The notes under the pieces were generated by a model. The model ran no database searches and was not told the DNA's origin. It saw only the letters and a program-made list of their open reading frames with translations. DNA of 64,000 nt from an uncultured Actinomycetota bacterium. GTDB lineage: Bacteria > Actinomycetota > Thermoleophilia > Solirubrobacterales > Solirubrobacteraceae. The number at the start of each line of letters is the position of its first letter. Position 1 is the first letter of the stretch. Shown here in pieces: positions 1 through 9,292 of this stretch. The DNA is taken from NCBI GenBank assembly GCA_963797705.1, contig CAWCQL010000002.1:877438-941437 (forward strand), written 5' to 3'. The translations under genes and the position numbers were made by a program.

Positions 1-2659
1 CTGCGCCCCCAGACGGGCCAGCGGATCGACCCGCTGCTGGTGGCCGGGATGTCGCCCGAGACCGCGCGCGAATGCGCGATCGCCCTGGCGCGCTTCGAGG
101 ACGCCGATCTCCAGCTTGCCGGGGGCGCTCTGCCCGCGTACGTCGGCCTGCTCTCGCTGTTGGGGATGGGCGAGCCCGACGCCGCGATGACCTGCGCGCA
201 CGTTGGGCCGCCACCACCGGGCGAGATCGGGCTGCAGGCGCGCTTCGCGCTCTCCGAGGACGGCCCGCTCGACGTCGATCTCGTCAGCGACGGCCCGCAC
301 GGCCTGGTGGCCGGCACCACGGGCGCGGGCAAGAGCGAGCTGCTGCGCAGCCTGGTCGCGGCGCTGGCCGCCGCGCACTCGCCCGCTGCGCATCAACTTC
401 GTCCTCGTCGACTACAAGGGCGGCGTCGGCGTTCGGCGAGTGCGCCGAGCTGCCGCACACCGTCGGCATGGTCACCGACCTCGACGAGCAGCTGGGCGAG
501 CGCGCGCTGCTCTCCCTGGAGGCCGAGCTGCGCTACCGCGAGCGCGTGCTGCGCGAGCATCGCGCCACCGATCTCATCGAGTACGACCGCCTCGTCGCCC
601 AGGGTCAGGCCGTCGCCGCTCCCGCGGCTGCTGGTGGTCATCGACGAGTTCGCCACCCTGGCCTCCGAGCTCCCCGACTTCGTGCCCTCGCTCGTCGGGA
701 TCGCCCAGCGCGGCCGCAGCCTCGGCGTCCACATGCTGCTGGCCACCCAGCGGCCGTCCGGCGCGGTCAACGAGAACATCCGAGCCAACACCAACCTGCG
801 CGTCTGCCTGCGCGTGCAGACCCCGCAGGACTCCAGCGACGTCATCGACTCGCCCGCGGCGGCCAAGATCCCGCGCAACCAGCCCGGCCGCGCCCAGGTC
901 CGGCTCGGCCCCTCGGAGCTCATCCCGGTGCAGACGGCGCTCGTCTCGGGCATCACCGCCGGTCCGGCTTCCGCGGCGGTCTCCACCGAGCCGTTCGTGG
1001 TCTCGGGTGACGGCGAGGGCCAGAACGGCGCCGGGGCGGGCGGGGTCGAGGTCTCGGCGGCGTCGGATCTGCAGCGCCTCGTCGTCGCCGCCACCGGGGC
1101 CTTCGCCGGCGCGCACGCCCTGCGCCGGCCGTGGCTGCCGCCCCTGCCCGGCCGATGTCGGGATCGACGAGCTGCTGGCCATGGGGCCGCCGCGCGGCGC
1201 TCGGCGGCGACACCGGGCTCGTCGTGCCGCTCGCCCTCGCCGACGACCCCGAGGCCCAGGCCCAGTATCCGATCGGCTGGAACCTCGACCGCCGGCAACC
1301 TGCTGCTGTACGGGATCGGCGGCAGCGGAACGACGACGGCGCTGAGCACGCTCGCCCTCGCGCTGGCCGAGACGTCGGACCCCGCGCCGCCTGCACATGT
1401 ACGTGCTCGACTTCGGGGCCGGCGAGCTGGGCGCGCTGGCCGGCCTGCCGCACGTGGGCGCGGTGATCGGGGCGGCCGAGCATGAGCGCCAGCGGCGCCT
1501 GCTGCGCCGGCTGCGCGGCGAGCTGGGGCGTGCGGCGCTCGATGGACCCGGCAGCACGCGCGGCGGCACCGCGGATCGTGGTGCTCCTCGACGGCTACGG
1601 GGGCTTCGCCTCAGAGCACGGCGACATCGGAGGCGACGCCCTGCGCGAGGCACTCGCGCGGGTGTGGGCCGACGGGCCCGAGCTCGGGATCCACCTCGCG
1701 ATCGCCGCCGACCGCCTCGGGGCGGTTCCCACCGCGCTGGCCTCGCTGGCCCAGCAGCGGCTCGCCTTCCAGCTCGCCGACGTGGCCGATTACGCCCAGT
1801 TCGGCCTCATGCGCCGCGCGATCCCGCAGTTCGTGCCCGGCCGCGCCGTCGTCGGCGGCTCGGCGCAGGTCATCCAGGTGGCGCGGGCCGACCCCGCTCG
1901 CTCGCTGGCCGAGGAGGTCGCCGCGCGCGCCGAGCGCGTCGCCGGCGCCACCCCCGCCGAGGGAGGGCCCCCGCCGGTGGGCGTGCTGCCCGAGAGCGTC
2001 GGCATCGACGCCCTGCTGGGCGCAGGCCGGGCGGAGCGGGACCCGCTGTTCATCCCGTTCGGGATCGGCGACGAGACGCTGGAGCCGGCGGGGCTTCGAG
2101 CTCTACGAGGGCGACCACGCGATGATCGCCGGACCCGCCCGGACCGGGCGCACCACGGCGCTGCTGGTGGTGGCCGAGGTGCTTGCGCGCCTGTATCCGG
2201 ACATCCCACTGGTGGGCATTGCCACCCGTCGCTCGGCCCTGCGCGAGTGCGCGGCACTGACCCGGGTGGTCACCGCCGCCGAGGAGCTGGGCGAGCTCGT
2301 CACCGAGCTGCGCGACGCCGAGCGGCTGCACGTGCTGCTCGTCGACGACGCCGATGTGGTGGACGATCCCACTCGCGGGCCTGAGCGACCTCTTCGCGGC
2401 ACCCCGCGCCAACCTGCACGCGATCGTCGCCGGGCGCACCGACGCGCTGAAGACGCTCGGGCACTGGAGCGTCGGCGTGCGCCGCTCGCGTACCGGCCTG
2501 CTGCTCCAGCCCGACGTCCAGGTCGACGGACCGCTCCTGGGCGTGACGCTGCCGCGCCGGCCGACGCCTCCGGTGCGCCCGGGGTGCGGCTACCGCGTCG
2601 ACCCGGGCGGCTTTGAGCTGGTGCAGGTCGCCGTGCCGGTGGAGGCCGCCGCGACCTGA
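1..2659 (+). CDS. FtsK/SpoIIIE-family type VII secretion ATPase (EccC/EssC-like), 5' truncated by the window, frameshifted
   Basis: D1: DGPHGLVAGTTGAGKSELL, LLVVIDEF, GRSLGVHMLLATQRP; D2: GNLLLYGIGGSGTTT; D3: IAGPARTGRTT. Pieces lie in ORFs 40-1485, 72-1010, 1482-2384, 2122-2616 and 2354-2659; adjacent to WXG100 genes. Confidence 0.85.
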
Positions 2660-3301
2660 TCAGTACGTCTGCGGGCGCTCGCCGATGTAGCCGCCCTCGG
2701 TGATCTTTGCGAACAGGTCGCGGCCGCCCTCGCCGAAGATCATGCCCGGGACGGTCGTCGCGTAGACCCAGGCCACCGCGCCGTACCGGCTCTGGATGAG
2801 GTACTGGACCGTCAGCAGCGGTGACAGCTCGTCGCCGCCGGGCGGCAGGACGCGCTGGAGCCGGGTGATCCGCGTCGCGCGGTCTGAGAGCTTCACGACC
2901 TCGGGCGGCCGGACGTCGTCGGCCGAGTCGGCCCCGACATGCTCATCGACGTCAGGGGGTCCGGCGATGTCTGACAACGCCACCGTCATCGTCGCGAGGA
3001 TCTCCGGCGGGGTGTCGGGCTTGGCCTCGCGCAACGCCCCCGTCAGGATCAGTCCTCCGACTGAGGCGACCTGCGCGATCTCGAGCGCCCCCTGCTGAAC
3101 GCTCTCAGGTGCGCCCGGTGAGTTCGCTGCGAGCGTCCCCATGTCGATCAGCTCCATCGTCAGCGGCAGGCGCATCTGGAACACGAGCGGGTCCTTGCCC
3201 TCTCGTGCCACCGGCCAGCTCTGAAGTGGCCCCCAGCCGCCTTCCTCAAAGACGCGGTCGGCTTTCCGGTTCCAGAAGGTCCGGAGTGGGTTGGGGCTCA
3301 T
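2660..3301 (-). CDS. Hypothetical protein (213 aa) coupled to the WXG-type substrate; candidate immunity or adaptor protein
   Basis: Clean ORF whose start overlaps the stop of 3298-4794 by 4 nt. Confidence 0.65.
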   Translation of the reverse strand: MSPNPLRTFWNRKADRVFEEGGWGPLQSWPVAREGKDPLVFQMRLPLTMELIDMGTLAANSPGAPESVQQGALEIAQVASVGGLILTGALREAKPDTPPEILATMTVALSDIAGPPDVDEHVGADSADDVRPPEVVKLSDRATRITRLQRVLPPGGDELSPLLTVQYLIQSRYGAVAWVYATTVPGMIFGEGGRDLFAKITEGGYIGERPQTY

Positions 3302-4794
3302 CCGCAGGCGGGTTCCGGGCTGACGTTGTGCTTGATCGCCTCGCTGGAGGGATCCCCGACGACGTTATCGAAGCCGATCGCCACCGGACGGCCGACGTGC
3401 ATGGCGCGTCCCGCCGCCGTCGCCGCCGTGCTCTTGGCGTTGGAAATGGCGTCGTGGAGCCCGGACTGGCTGGAGAGGTCAAAGCCCTTGGCGGCGACCG
3501 GAAACTCGCCGTCGGCGAAGGAGATCTGCTTGGCAGCGACCGGGTTGAGCCCGATGTCCTGCCAGGACTTGTAGTCCTGCAGCCCCGTCAAGCCCTCCTT
3601 GGCGGCGTCCGCCTGGCGCTCGCCGACGCCGAGTGCGTTGCTGAACTGATCGCCGAAGGTGTGCACGTCGTCCAGCCCGGTCGGCATGTGGCCGAGGTTC
3701 GGCCCGGCGGTGAACGCGAGGTCGACCGCGGCTTCGCCCCACTTCCCTTGTTCCGCGTCTGAGACCGACGACGTCAGGCCGCCCGCCGTGACGACCCTGT
3801 TGGCGTTGTCGGAGACCACGCGCGCGCCCTTGGCGAAGGTGCTCGCGCCGTCGCCGGCCGCGTCCCCCGCGGCGCCGTCGCCCGCGGCATCTGCCGCACC
3901 CTCGGCGGCGGCATCGGCCGCGCCGTCCACGGCCGCATCGGCACCGACGGCCACGGCATCAGCCTCGGCGAGCTCCGGGGCGGCGAACGGCGCCGCCACC
4001 ATCGCCACCAGGCTGGCCGTCACCGCCACATCCTTGGCGAGCTCGCCGAACGTCTTCCAGCTGGGATGCTCGATGAAGTTGATGATCGCCTTACCGGAGA
4101 CCAGGTCCCAGACGCTCTTGCCGATGCCCTTGGCGACGCCCTCGACGAAGTTGCCGATGCTGTGCATCATGCTGGAGAACCAGCCCTGCGAGGGCGCGAT
4201 GCCCGCCGCGCTGGACACCGTCGACCTCGCCTGGCCGCGGATCGTGTCGAACTCGTCCAGCAGCGACATACCGCGGCTCTGAAGGCCCGAGACCTCGTCC
4301 TGGAGCCGGCCGACGCTGCCGCTTGCGGCCTGGACGGCACTGTGGGCATCGACCACCGCCGGCGTCGTGGACGTTGCGTGAGCGGCGGAGGTCGCGGTGC
4401 TCAGGTTGCTTTTGGCCGTCGACAGCTGGCTCTGGGCTGACGACAGGCCCGACTGCGAGTTCTGAAGCTGCTCGGCCAGGCGCCGGAACGCGATCTGGAT
4501 TGGCTCCAGACCGTGACCGTAGGTATCCAGGGCGGTGGCGACCTCGCCGTAGGACTGATGGACCTTGTCGAGGTCCCCGGGAAGCTTGCCCACCTGGGCC
4601 CTGAAGGCCTCGGCCGCCCCGCCGGTCCACGTCGCGTCGTCCTGGGCGCCGCGCAGGCCTGCCGCCGCGGTCCGTGCCTGTCCGGCGACCGTGTGGAAGC
4701 CACCGGCTAGGGAAGCGATCTCCCCGAGGTCGGAGGACAGCAGGCGGTCCGCGCGCGGATCGGAGAGGGGGTCGGACATGGCGTGCTCACTCAC
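3298..4794 (-). CDS. WXG100-domain type VII secretion substrate (498 aa)
   Basis: N-terminal helical region with ATWTGGAAEAF, a long coiled coil, a hydrophobic segment VAVTASLVAMVAAPFAA, an Ala/Asp/Gly linker and an unassigned C-terminal region. Confidence 0.8.
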   Translation of the reverse strand: MSEHAMSDPLSDPRADRLLSSDLGEIASLAGGFHTVAGQARTAAAGLRGAQDDATWTGGAAEAFRAQVGKLPGDLDKVHQSYGEVATALDTYGHGLEPIQIAFRRLAEQLQNSQSGLSSAQSQLSTAKSNLSTATSAAHATSTTPAVVDAHSAVQAASGSVGRLQDEVSGLQSRGMSLLDEFDTIRGQARSTVSSAAGIAPSQGWFSSMMHSIGNFVEGVAKGIGKSVWDLVSGKAIINFIEHPSWKTFGELAKDVAVTASLVAMVAAPFAAPELAEADAVAVGADAAVDGAADAAAEGAADAAGDGAAGDAAGDGASTFAKGARVVSDNANRVVTAGGLTSSVSDAEQGKWGEAAVDLAFTAGPNLGHMPTGLDDVHTFGDQFSNALGVGERQADAAKEGLTGLQDYKSWQDIGLNPVAAKQISFADGEFPVAAKGFDLSSQSGLHDAISNAKSTAATAAGRAMHVGRPVAIGFDNVVGDPSSEAIKHNVSPEPACG

Positions 4795-5074
4795 CTTCCT
4801 TGCATGCGTCGGAGATCGCCTGCTCGGACTTGCCGTAGCCGCCCGCCGCGGCGTCCAGCCGCTCGATCACCTTGCTCATGTGGTCGGCCAACTGCCCGAT
4901 CCCGTAGTTCCAGTGGCTGCAGAAATGCTCGACCTCGCCCTCGAGGTCACCCCCGCCAAGGAGCCCCTCGTACCCCGTCGCCACGCCGTGCATGTTCTGC
5001 ATCTCGGAGTGGATGCCCGACAGGGTCGAGGAGAGCTCCTGAAGCGTTGCCGGATCGACGGTGAAGGTCGTCAT
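4787..5074 (-). CDS. WXG100-like small protein (95 aa)
   Basis: MTTFTVDPATLQEL...; helical, C-terminal YGKSE (YxxxD/E signal), no central WxG; in the esx operon. Confidence 0.75.
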   Translation of the reverse strand: MTTFTVDPATLQELSSTLSGIHSEMQNMHGVATGYEGLLGGGDLEGEVEHFCSHWNYGIGQLADHMSKVIERLDAAAGGYGKSEQAISDACKEGE

Positions 5075-5118
5075 CGGCGGTCTGTTCCTGGATCGAAAGC
5101 GGTCGCGGTCGCGACACG

Positions 5119-5409
5119 TCAGCTCATCGAGGAGCGGATGGCGTCCTCGGTCTGCTGGTACTGGGTGCCGGCGTTGGCGAGCAGGCGGCTGATGCCGTCC
5201 AGGGCGTCCTTGAGCCCGGCGGCTGAACGCTGCCACTCATCCCACAGGGCGTGGAACTGTCCCGACGCGGCGCCCTGCCACTCGCCGCCGACGACGCCGA
5301 GGACTTCGCCCTGCATCCTGCTGAGCTGGTCTTGGACGTTGTTGGAACCGGCCGCGACGTTGGAGGAGAGGCTGTGGAGCTCCTCCGCGGTGACCTTGAT
5401 GAGACTCAT
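5119..5409 (-). CDS. WXG100/ESAT-6 family protein, copy 2
   Basis: 96 aa, central WQG, C-terminal YQQTE, GGAGGG RBS upstream. Confidence 0.93.
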   Translation of the reverse strand: MSLIKVTAEELHSLSSNVAAGSNNVQDQLSRMQGEVLGVVGGEWQGAASGQFHALWDEWQRSAAGLKDALDGISRLLANAGTQYQQTEDAIRSSMS

Positions 5410-5440
5410 GTGGAAACCCTCCGTGCTGGTGGTGTGGCCG

Positions 5441-5731
5441 TCAGCTCATCGAGGAGCGGATGGCGTCCTCGGTCTGCTGGTACTGGGTGCCGGCGTTGGC
5501 GAGCAGGCGGCTGATGCCGTCCAGGGCGTCCTTGAGCCCGGCGGCTGAACGCTGCCACTCATCCCACAGGGCGTGGAACTGTCCCGACGCGGCGCCCTGC
5601 CACTCGCCGCCGACGACGCCGAGGACCTCGCCCTGCATGCGGGCGAGCTGGTCCTGAATGCTGTTGGAGCCGGTCGCAACGTTGGAGGACAGGCTGTGCA
5701 GCTCCTCCGCGGTGACCTTGATGAGACTCAT
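5441..5731 (-). CDS. WXG100/ESAT-6 family protein, copy 1
   Basis: 96 aa from ATG at 5731, WQG, YQQTE, GGAGGG RBS. Confidence 0.93.
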   Translation of the reverse strand: MSLIKVTAEELHSLSSNVATGSNSIQDQLARMQGEVLGVVGGEWQGAASGQFHALWDEWQRSAAGLKDALDGISRLLANAGTQYQQTEDAIRSSMS

Positions 5732-5875
5732 GGAAAACACCCTCCGTGCTGGTCGTGAGCGCCGTACCACACGACGCACCGGCAGTATCACCCGGGGCAA
5801 GGGACCCTGAAAGTGGCCCAGGGTATGAACCCCGCCATACCCCGCAACCCCTGCGGTGACGGGGATTCGGGGCCG

Positions 5876-7558
5876 CTAGACCTTGCCGACGAGGCCCTGG
5901 AGCGTCTTCTCGTCAGCCTTGATCGTGTTGAAGTCGCGGTTCCAGGTGGCGGGCTGGTTGGCCCGCCCGGCGGCAGCGAGACGCCCGTAGTCGCCGCTGA
6001 GCGTGTTGAGCTGCTTGGCCAGCGGCGCGGCCGCGGAGGTCTTTGGCTCCAGCGGGACCACCTTGCCCCTGGCGGAGCGGTAGGCCTTCTGGACCGCGAC
6101 GGCATCGCTGATCTGCGTCGCCTGGGTCTTCTCGTTGAGCAGGCGGGTCAGTTTCTGCGCGCGCGTGTGTGCCAGGCCGGTGAGGATCGTCTCGATCTTC
6201 TTGTTGGCGGCGGCGGTGGCAGCCGCCGCGGCCTGCGCCTTGCGACGTGCGGCCGCCTGTTGTTGTGCTCGCTGCTGCTGGGCGCGGAGCTGGGCGTTGG
6301 TCGGCCCATGGTGGGCGGGCGTGCCCGACGTCGCCACCACCACGCCCACCACGGCGGCGACGATCATCGCCACGACGATCCCGGCGGCGATGAGGCGGCG
6401 TCGCACCACGTCAGGGGATAACGACCCCGCCCACCCTTGTTCCTCGCCGACGTCGCTGTGGCGGCGGGCCAGGCGGAACATCGTGGTGTGGCTGCGCTCG
6501 CGTCGCCGGGAGGGCGCGACCGTGGGCGGGGGCGTCTTCACCGACGGGCCCGAGACGGTCTCAGGCACCGGTGTGCGGCCCGCCGCCGGCTCGTCGGACG
6601 GCGTCTGGTCGGGCGGCGCCGGGGTGTCGACAGTGACCGAGCGAAACGAGGCGGGCGTCAGCGTCCGCACGGCGCGCGGGGTCTGGTCCTCGAGGGTGAG
6701 ACGGGCCTGCCGCCGCCAGCGCGGCCCCAGCAGCTCCAGCACGACGTCCTCGAGCGCCACCCATGCCTCGTCGGCTGACTGGAAGCGATCCTCTGGCCGC
6801 TTGGCCAGCATCTTCTCCAGCCACTCGGCGATGCCCTCGTCGACGTCGGGCGCGATCGAGCGCACCGACGGGACCGGTTCGTGGACGTGGCGGTAGAGCA
6901 CGGCCACAGGGGTGTCGGTCTCATCGAAGGGGACCTGGCCGGTGAGCAGCTCCCAGGCGACGACTCCGAGGGAGTACAGGTCGGTGGCCGGCGTGAGATC
7001 CGTGCCGAGTGCCTGCTCGGGCGACATATACGCCGGGGTGCCGATCGTGGTCCCGGCCACGGTCACCACAGCGCGGGTCGCCGCCTTGCTGTACGCCCGC
7101 GCGACGCCGAAGTCAGCGATCTTGACACGGCCGTCGACGGCGACGAGGAGGTTCTCCGGCTTGAGGTCGCGGTGCACGATCCGGTGTGCCTCGCCGTGCG
7201 ACAGCCCGGCCAGCACGCCCTCCAGCACGCCGGCGATCTGGGCCATGGACAGGCGTCCGATGTACTGGCGCAGCGAGCCGTGAGGGAGGTACTCCATCGC
7301 GATGTAGGGCACCGACCCGTCCTCGAAGAACTCGTGGACGGTGACGATGTTGGCGTGGTTCATCGACCCCGCCAGGCGCGACTCCTCCACGAAGCGCTCG
7401 GCGAAGCTCGTGTCGGCCAGGTGGTATGGCGCCAGCTCCTTGAGCGCGACGTGTCGCTGCAGATCTCTCTGTAGGGCGAGGTAGACGACAGCTGCGCCCC
7501 CGCGCCCGATGACCTCGAGCAGGTCGAAGCGACCCACCCGCTTGAGCACTTCCTCCAT
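5876..7558 (-). CDS. Membrane-anchored Hanks-type Ser/Thr protein kinase
   Basis: GRGGAAVV, VALKEL, HRDLKPEN, DFG, GTPAYMSPE; Pro/Thr linker; TM LIAAGIVVAMIVAAVVGVVVA; helical C-terminal domain, no PASTA repeats. Confidence 0.95.
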   Translation of the reverse strand: MEEVLKRVGRFDLLEVIGRGGAAVVYLALQRDLQRHVALKELAPYHLADTSFAERFVEESRLAGSMNHANIVTVHEFFEDGSVPYIAMEYLPHGSLRQYIGRLSMAQIAGVLEGVLAGLSHGEAHRIVHRDLKPENLLVAVDGRVKIADFGVARAYSKAATRAVVTVAGTTIGTPAYMSPEQALGTDLTPATDLYSLGVVAWELLTGQVPFDETDTPVAVLYRHVHEPVPSVRSIAPDVDEGIAEWLEKMLAKRPEDRFQSADEAWVALEDVVLELLGPRWRRQARLTLEDQTPRAVRTLTPASFRSVTVDTPAPPDQTPSDEPAAGRTPVPETVSGPSVKTPPPTVAPSRRRERSHTTMFRLARRHSDVGEEQGWAGSLSPDVVRRRLIAAGIVVAMIVAAVVGVVVATSGTPAHHGPTNAQLRAQQQRAQQQAAARRKAQAAAAATAAANKKIETILTGLAHTRAQKLTRLLNEKTQATQISDAVAVQKAYRSARGKVVPLEPKTSAAAPLAKQLNTLSGDYGRLAAAGRANQPATWNRDFNTIKADEKTLQGLVGKV

Positions 7559-7588
7559 TGCCCTTATGAGTCTGCCACCGTTAGCGCG

Positions 7589-9253
7589 ATGCTATGCACG
7601 GTCTGTCACCGCCAGGTCTCCCGGAGCGATGCTCGATGCCGCTCGTGCGGGACCCCGCGCGACGGTGCGGTGCATCTCGACCTGGTGCTTGAGGGCGGCG
7701 AGCGCGTGCCTCTGGACCGCACGCTGGCGATCGGCCGGGCTCCGGCGTCGGATCTCCTCCTGGATGACCCAAGTGTCTCGCGTGCGCATGCGGAGATCGT
7801 TGTCGACCAGGACGGGGCGGTGCTCCAGGACGTGGGGTCCAGCTATGGGACGTTTGTCGACGGCAAGGAGCTGTCAGCACCCATGGCGCTTGCCGACGGG
7901 ATGCACATCGAGCTGGGCGATTGCCGGCTGGAGGTGGCCGAGCGCGCCGACCGGGCGGCTGCCGGCAAGACCGTGTCGGTGCCGGCGGGTATCAGCCTCA
8001 TCGTCGAGCAGCCGTCGGTGCGCCGGGCACGTCTTCGCGGGCAGCAGAACCGCAAGCCCAAGCTGCGCTCGGGCTGGTCGCTCAAGCGCCTGGAGGAGTC
8101 AGAGGCGGTAGGCGGCGCGCGCTTCGTGCTCAAGGACCATCGCTCGTCGGTGATGGTCCGACTGGCCACTGAGGAGGCCGAGATGGCGCAGCTGCTCGAC
8201 GGCGATCACGATCTGGTCGCCCTTCTCGGCGAGGCCGCCGCGCGCTGGGGAACGGACGGGCCCGCGCGCCTGGCCCGGCTGCTGGCCGAGCTGGCCGACA
8301 AGGGCCTGCTCTCCGGCGTCGAGTCTGACGACCCGCCGGCCGGCACGCCTCCGTGGTTGGCCCGGCTCATCAAGCCCCGCGAGCGCGAACTGCCCGGGGT
8401 GCCCCAGGCGATGGCGGCGTTATACCGGCGCGGCGGCTGGGCGCTGTTTCACCCGGCGGTGCTCGGGGTCCTGGGGGTGATCGCCGTCGGGGGGCTCGTC
8501 GCCTTCGCCGCTCTGATCATCGGGCGCTACGGGACCCCGTTCGTGGTGGCGCAGCGGGTCGGTCTCGGCGCGCTGGTGTTCGTGGTCGCACGGTTCCTGC
8601 TCGTCGTCTGCCACGAGCTCGCTCATGGCCTGATCGCCGAGTCGTTCGGACGTCCCATCTCCCGCGCCGGCATCAAGGTCGCGCTCGTATTCCCCTACGT
8701 GTTCGTCGACACCACCGACGCATGGTTCGAGTCGCGCCGGCGGCGAATGATGATCAGCCTCGCCGGTCCGGCCTCCGACGTGGTGCTGGGAGGCGCGTTT
8801 GCGCTCGCTTGCCTGGTCACGGCGCCGGGCAGCGCGCGCGACGTCCTCTTTCAGGTCGCCTTCGGTGGTTACGTCGGCGCTCTGTTCAACCTCAACCCGC
8901 TCATGGAGCGCGACGGGTACCACGTGCTCGTCGACCTCTTGCGTGAGCCCGGCCTGCGCCGCCGCGCCACTCGGCACCTGCATGAGGTCCTGTCTGGGCG
9001 TGGCCCGGCGGACTCGCGCCGCCTGCTCGTGTACGCGATCGCCTCGCTGGTGTGGTCGGTGCTGACCGTGGCCTTCGCCGTCGTGCTGTCGCTGCGCTAC
9101 TACCCCACCCTGGCCAAGCTGGCCCCGCCCGCGTTGGTGTGGACGGTCCTCTCGGCCTTCTACCTCGTGCTCGCCCTCCCGCTCGCTGTGCAGCTGTTGC
9201 GCCCGCTCTGGACCCGGGTGTATCGGGCACGCCCGGAACCCGCCGCCCGCTAA
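7589..9253 (+). CDS. Zn-ribbon + FHA + PqqD/RRE-like + M50 (site-2) metalloprotease fusion
   Basis: CTVC...CRSC; FHA motifs IGRA, SVSRAHA, GSSYGTFVDG; winged-helix-like segment ending LAELADKGLL; M50 motifs HELAH, LAGP, NLNPLMERDGY within TM helices. Confidence 0.85.
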   Translation: MLCTVCHRQVSRSDARCRSCGTPRDGAVHLDLVLEGGERVPLDRTLAIGRAPASDLLLDDPSVSRAHAEIVVDQDGAVLQDVGSSYGTFVDGKELSAPMALADGMHIELGDCRLEVAERADRAAAGKTVSVPAGISLIVEQPSVRRARLRGQQNRKPKLRSGWSLKRLEESEAVGGARFVLKDHRSSVMVRLATEEAEMAQLLDGDHDLVALLGEAAARWGTDGPARLARLLAELADKGLLSGVESDDPPAGTPPWLARLIKPRERELPGVPQAMAALYRRGGWALFHPAVLGVLGVIAVGGLVAFAALIIGRYGTPFVVAQRVGLGALVFVVARFLLVVCHELAHGLIAESFGRPISRAGIKVALVFPYVFVDTTDAWFESRRRRMMISLAGPASDVVLGGAFALACLVTAPGSARDVLFQVAFGGYVGALFNLNPLMERDGYHVLVDLLREPGLRRRATRHLHEVLSGRGPADSRRLLVYAIASLVWSVLTVAFAVVLSLRYYPTLAKLAPPALVWTVLSAFYLVLALPLAVQLLRPLWTRVYRARPEPAAR

Positions 9254-9292
9254 CGTTGGGCGCCGACCCCAGAGAGCGCACGAGGAGCAGGT

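Larger units (their letters stand above)
5119..5753. repeat. Tandem duplication (322-bp offset) of the WXG100 gene with its RBS region
   Basis: 5119-5431 aligns to 5441-5753; about 185 nt identical; upstream ccctccgtgctggt shared. Confidence 0.92.
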
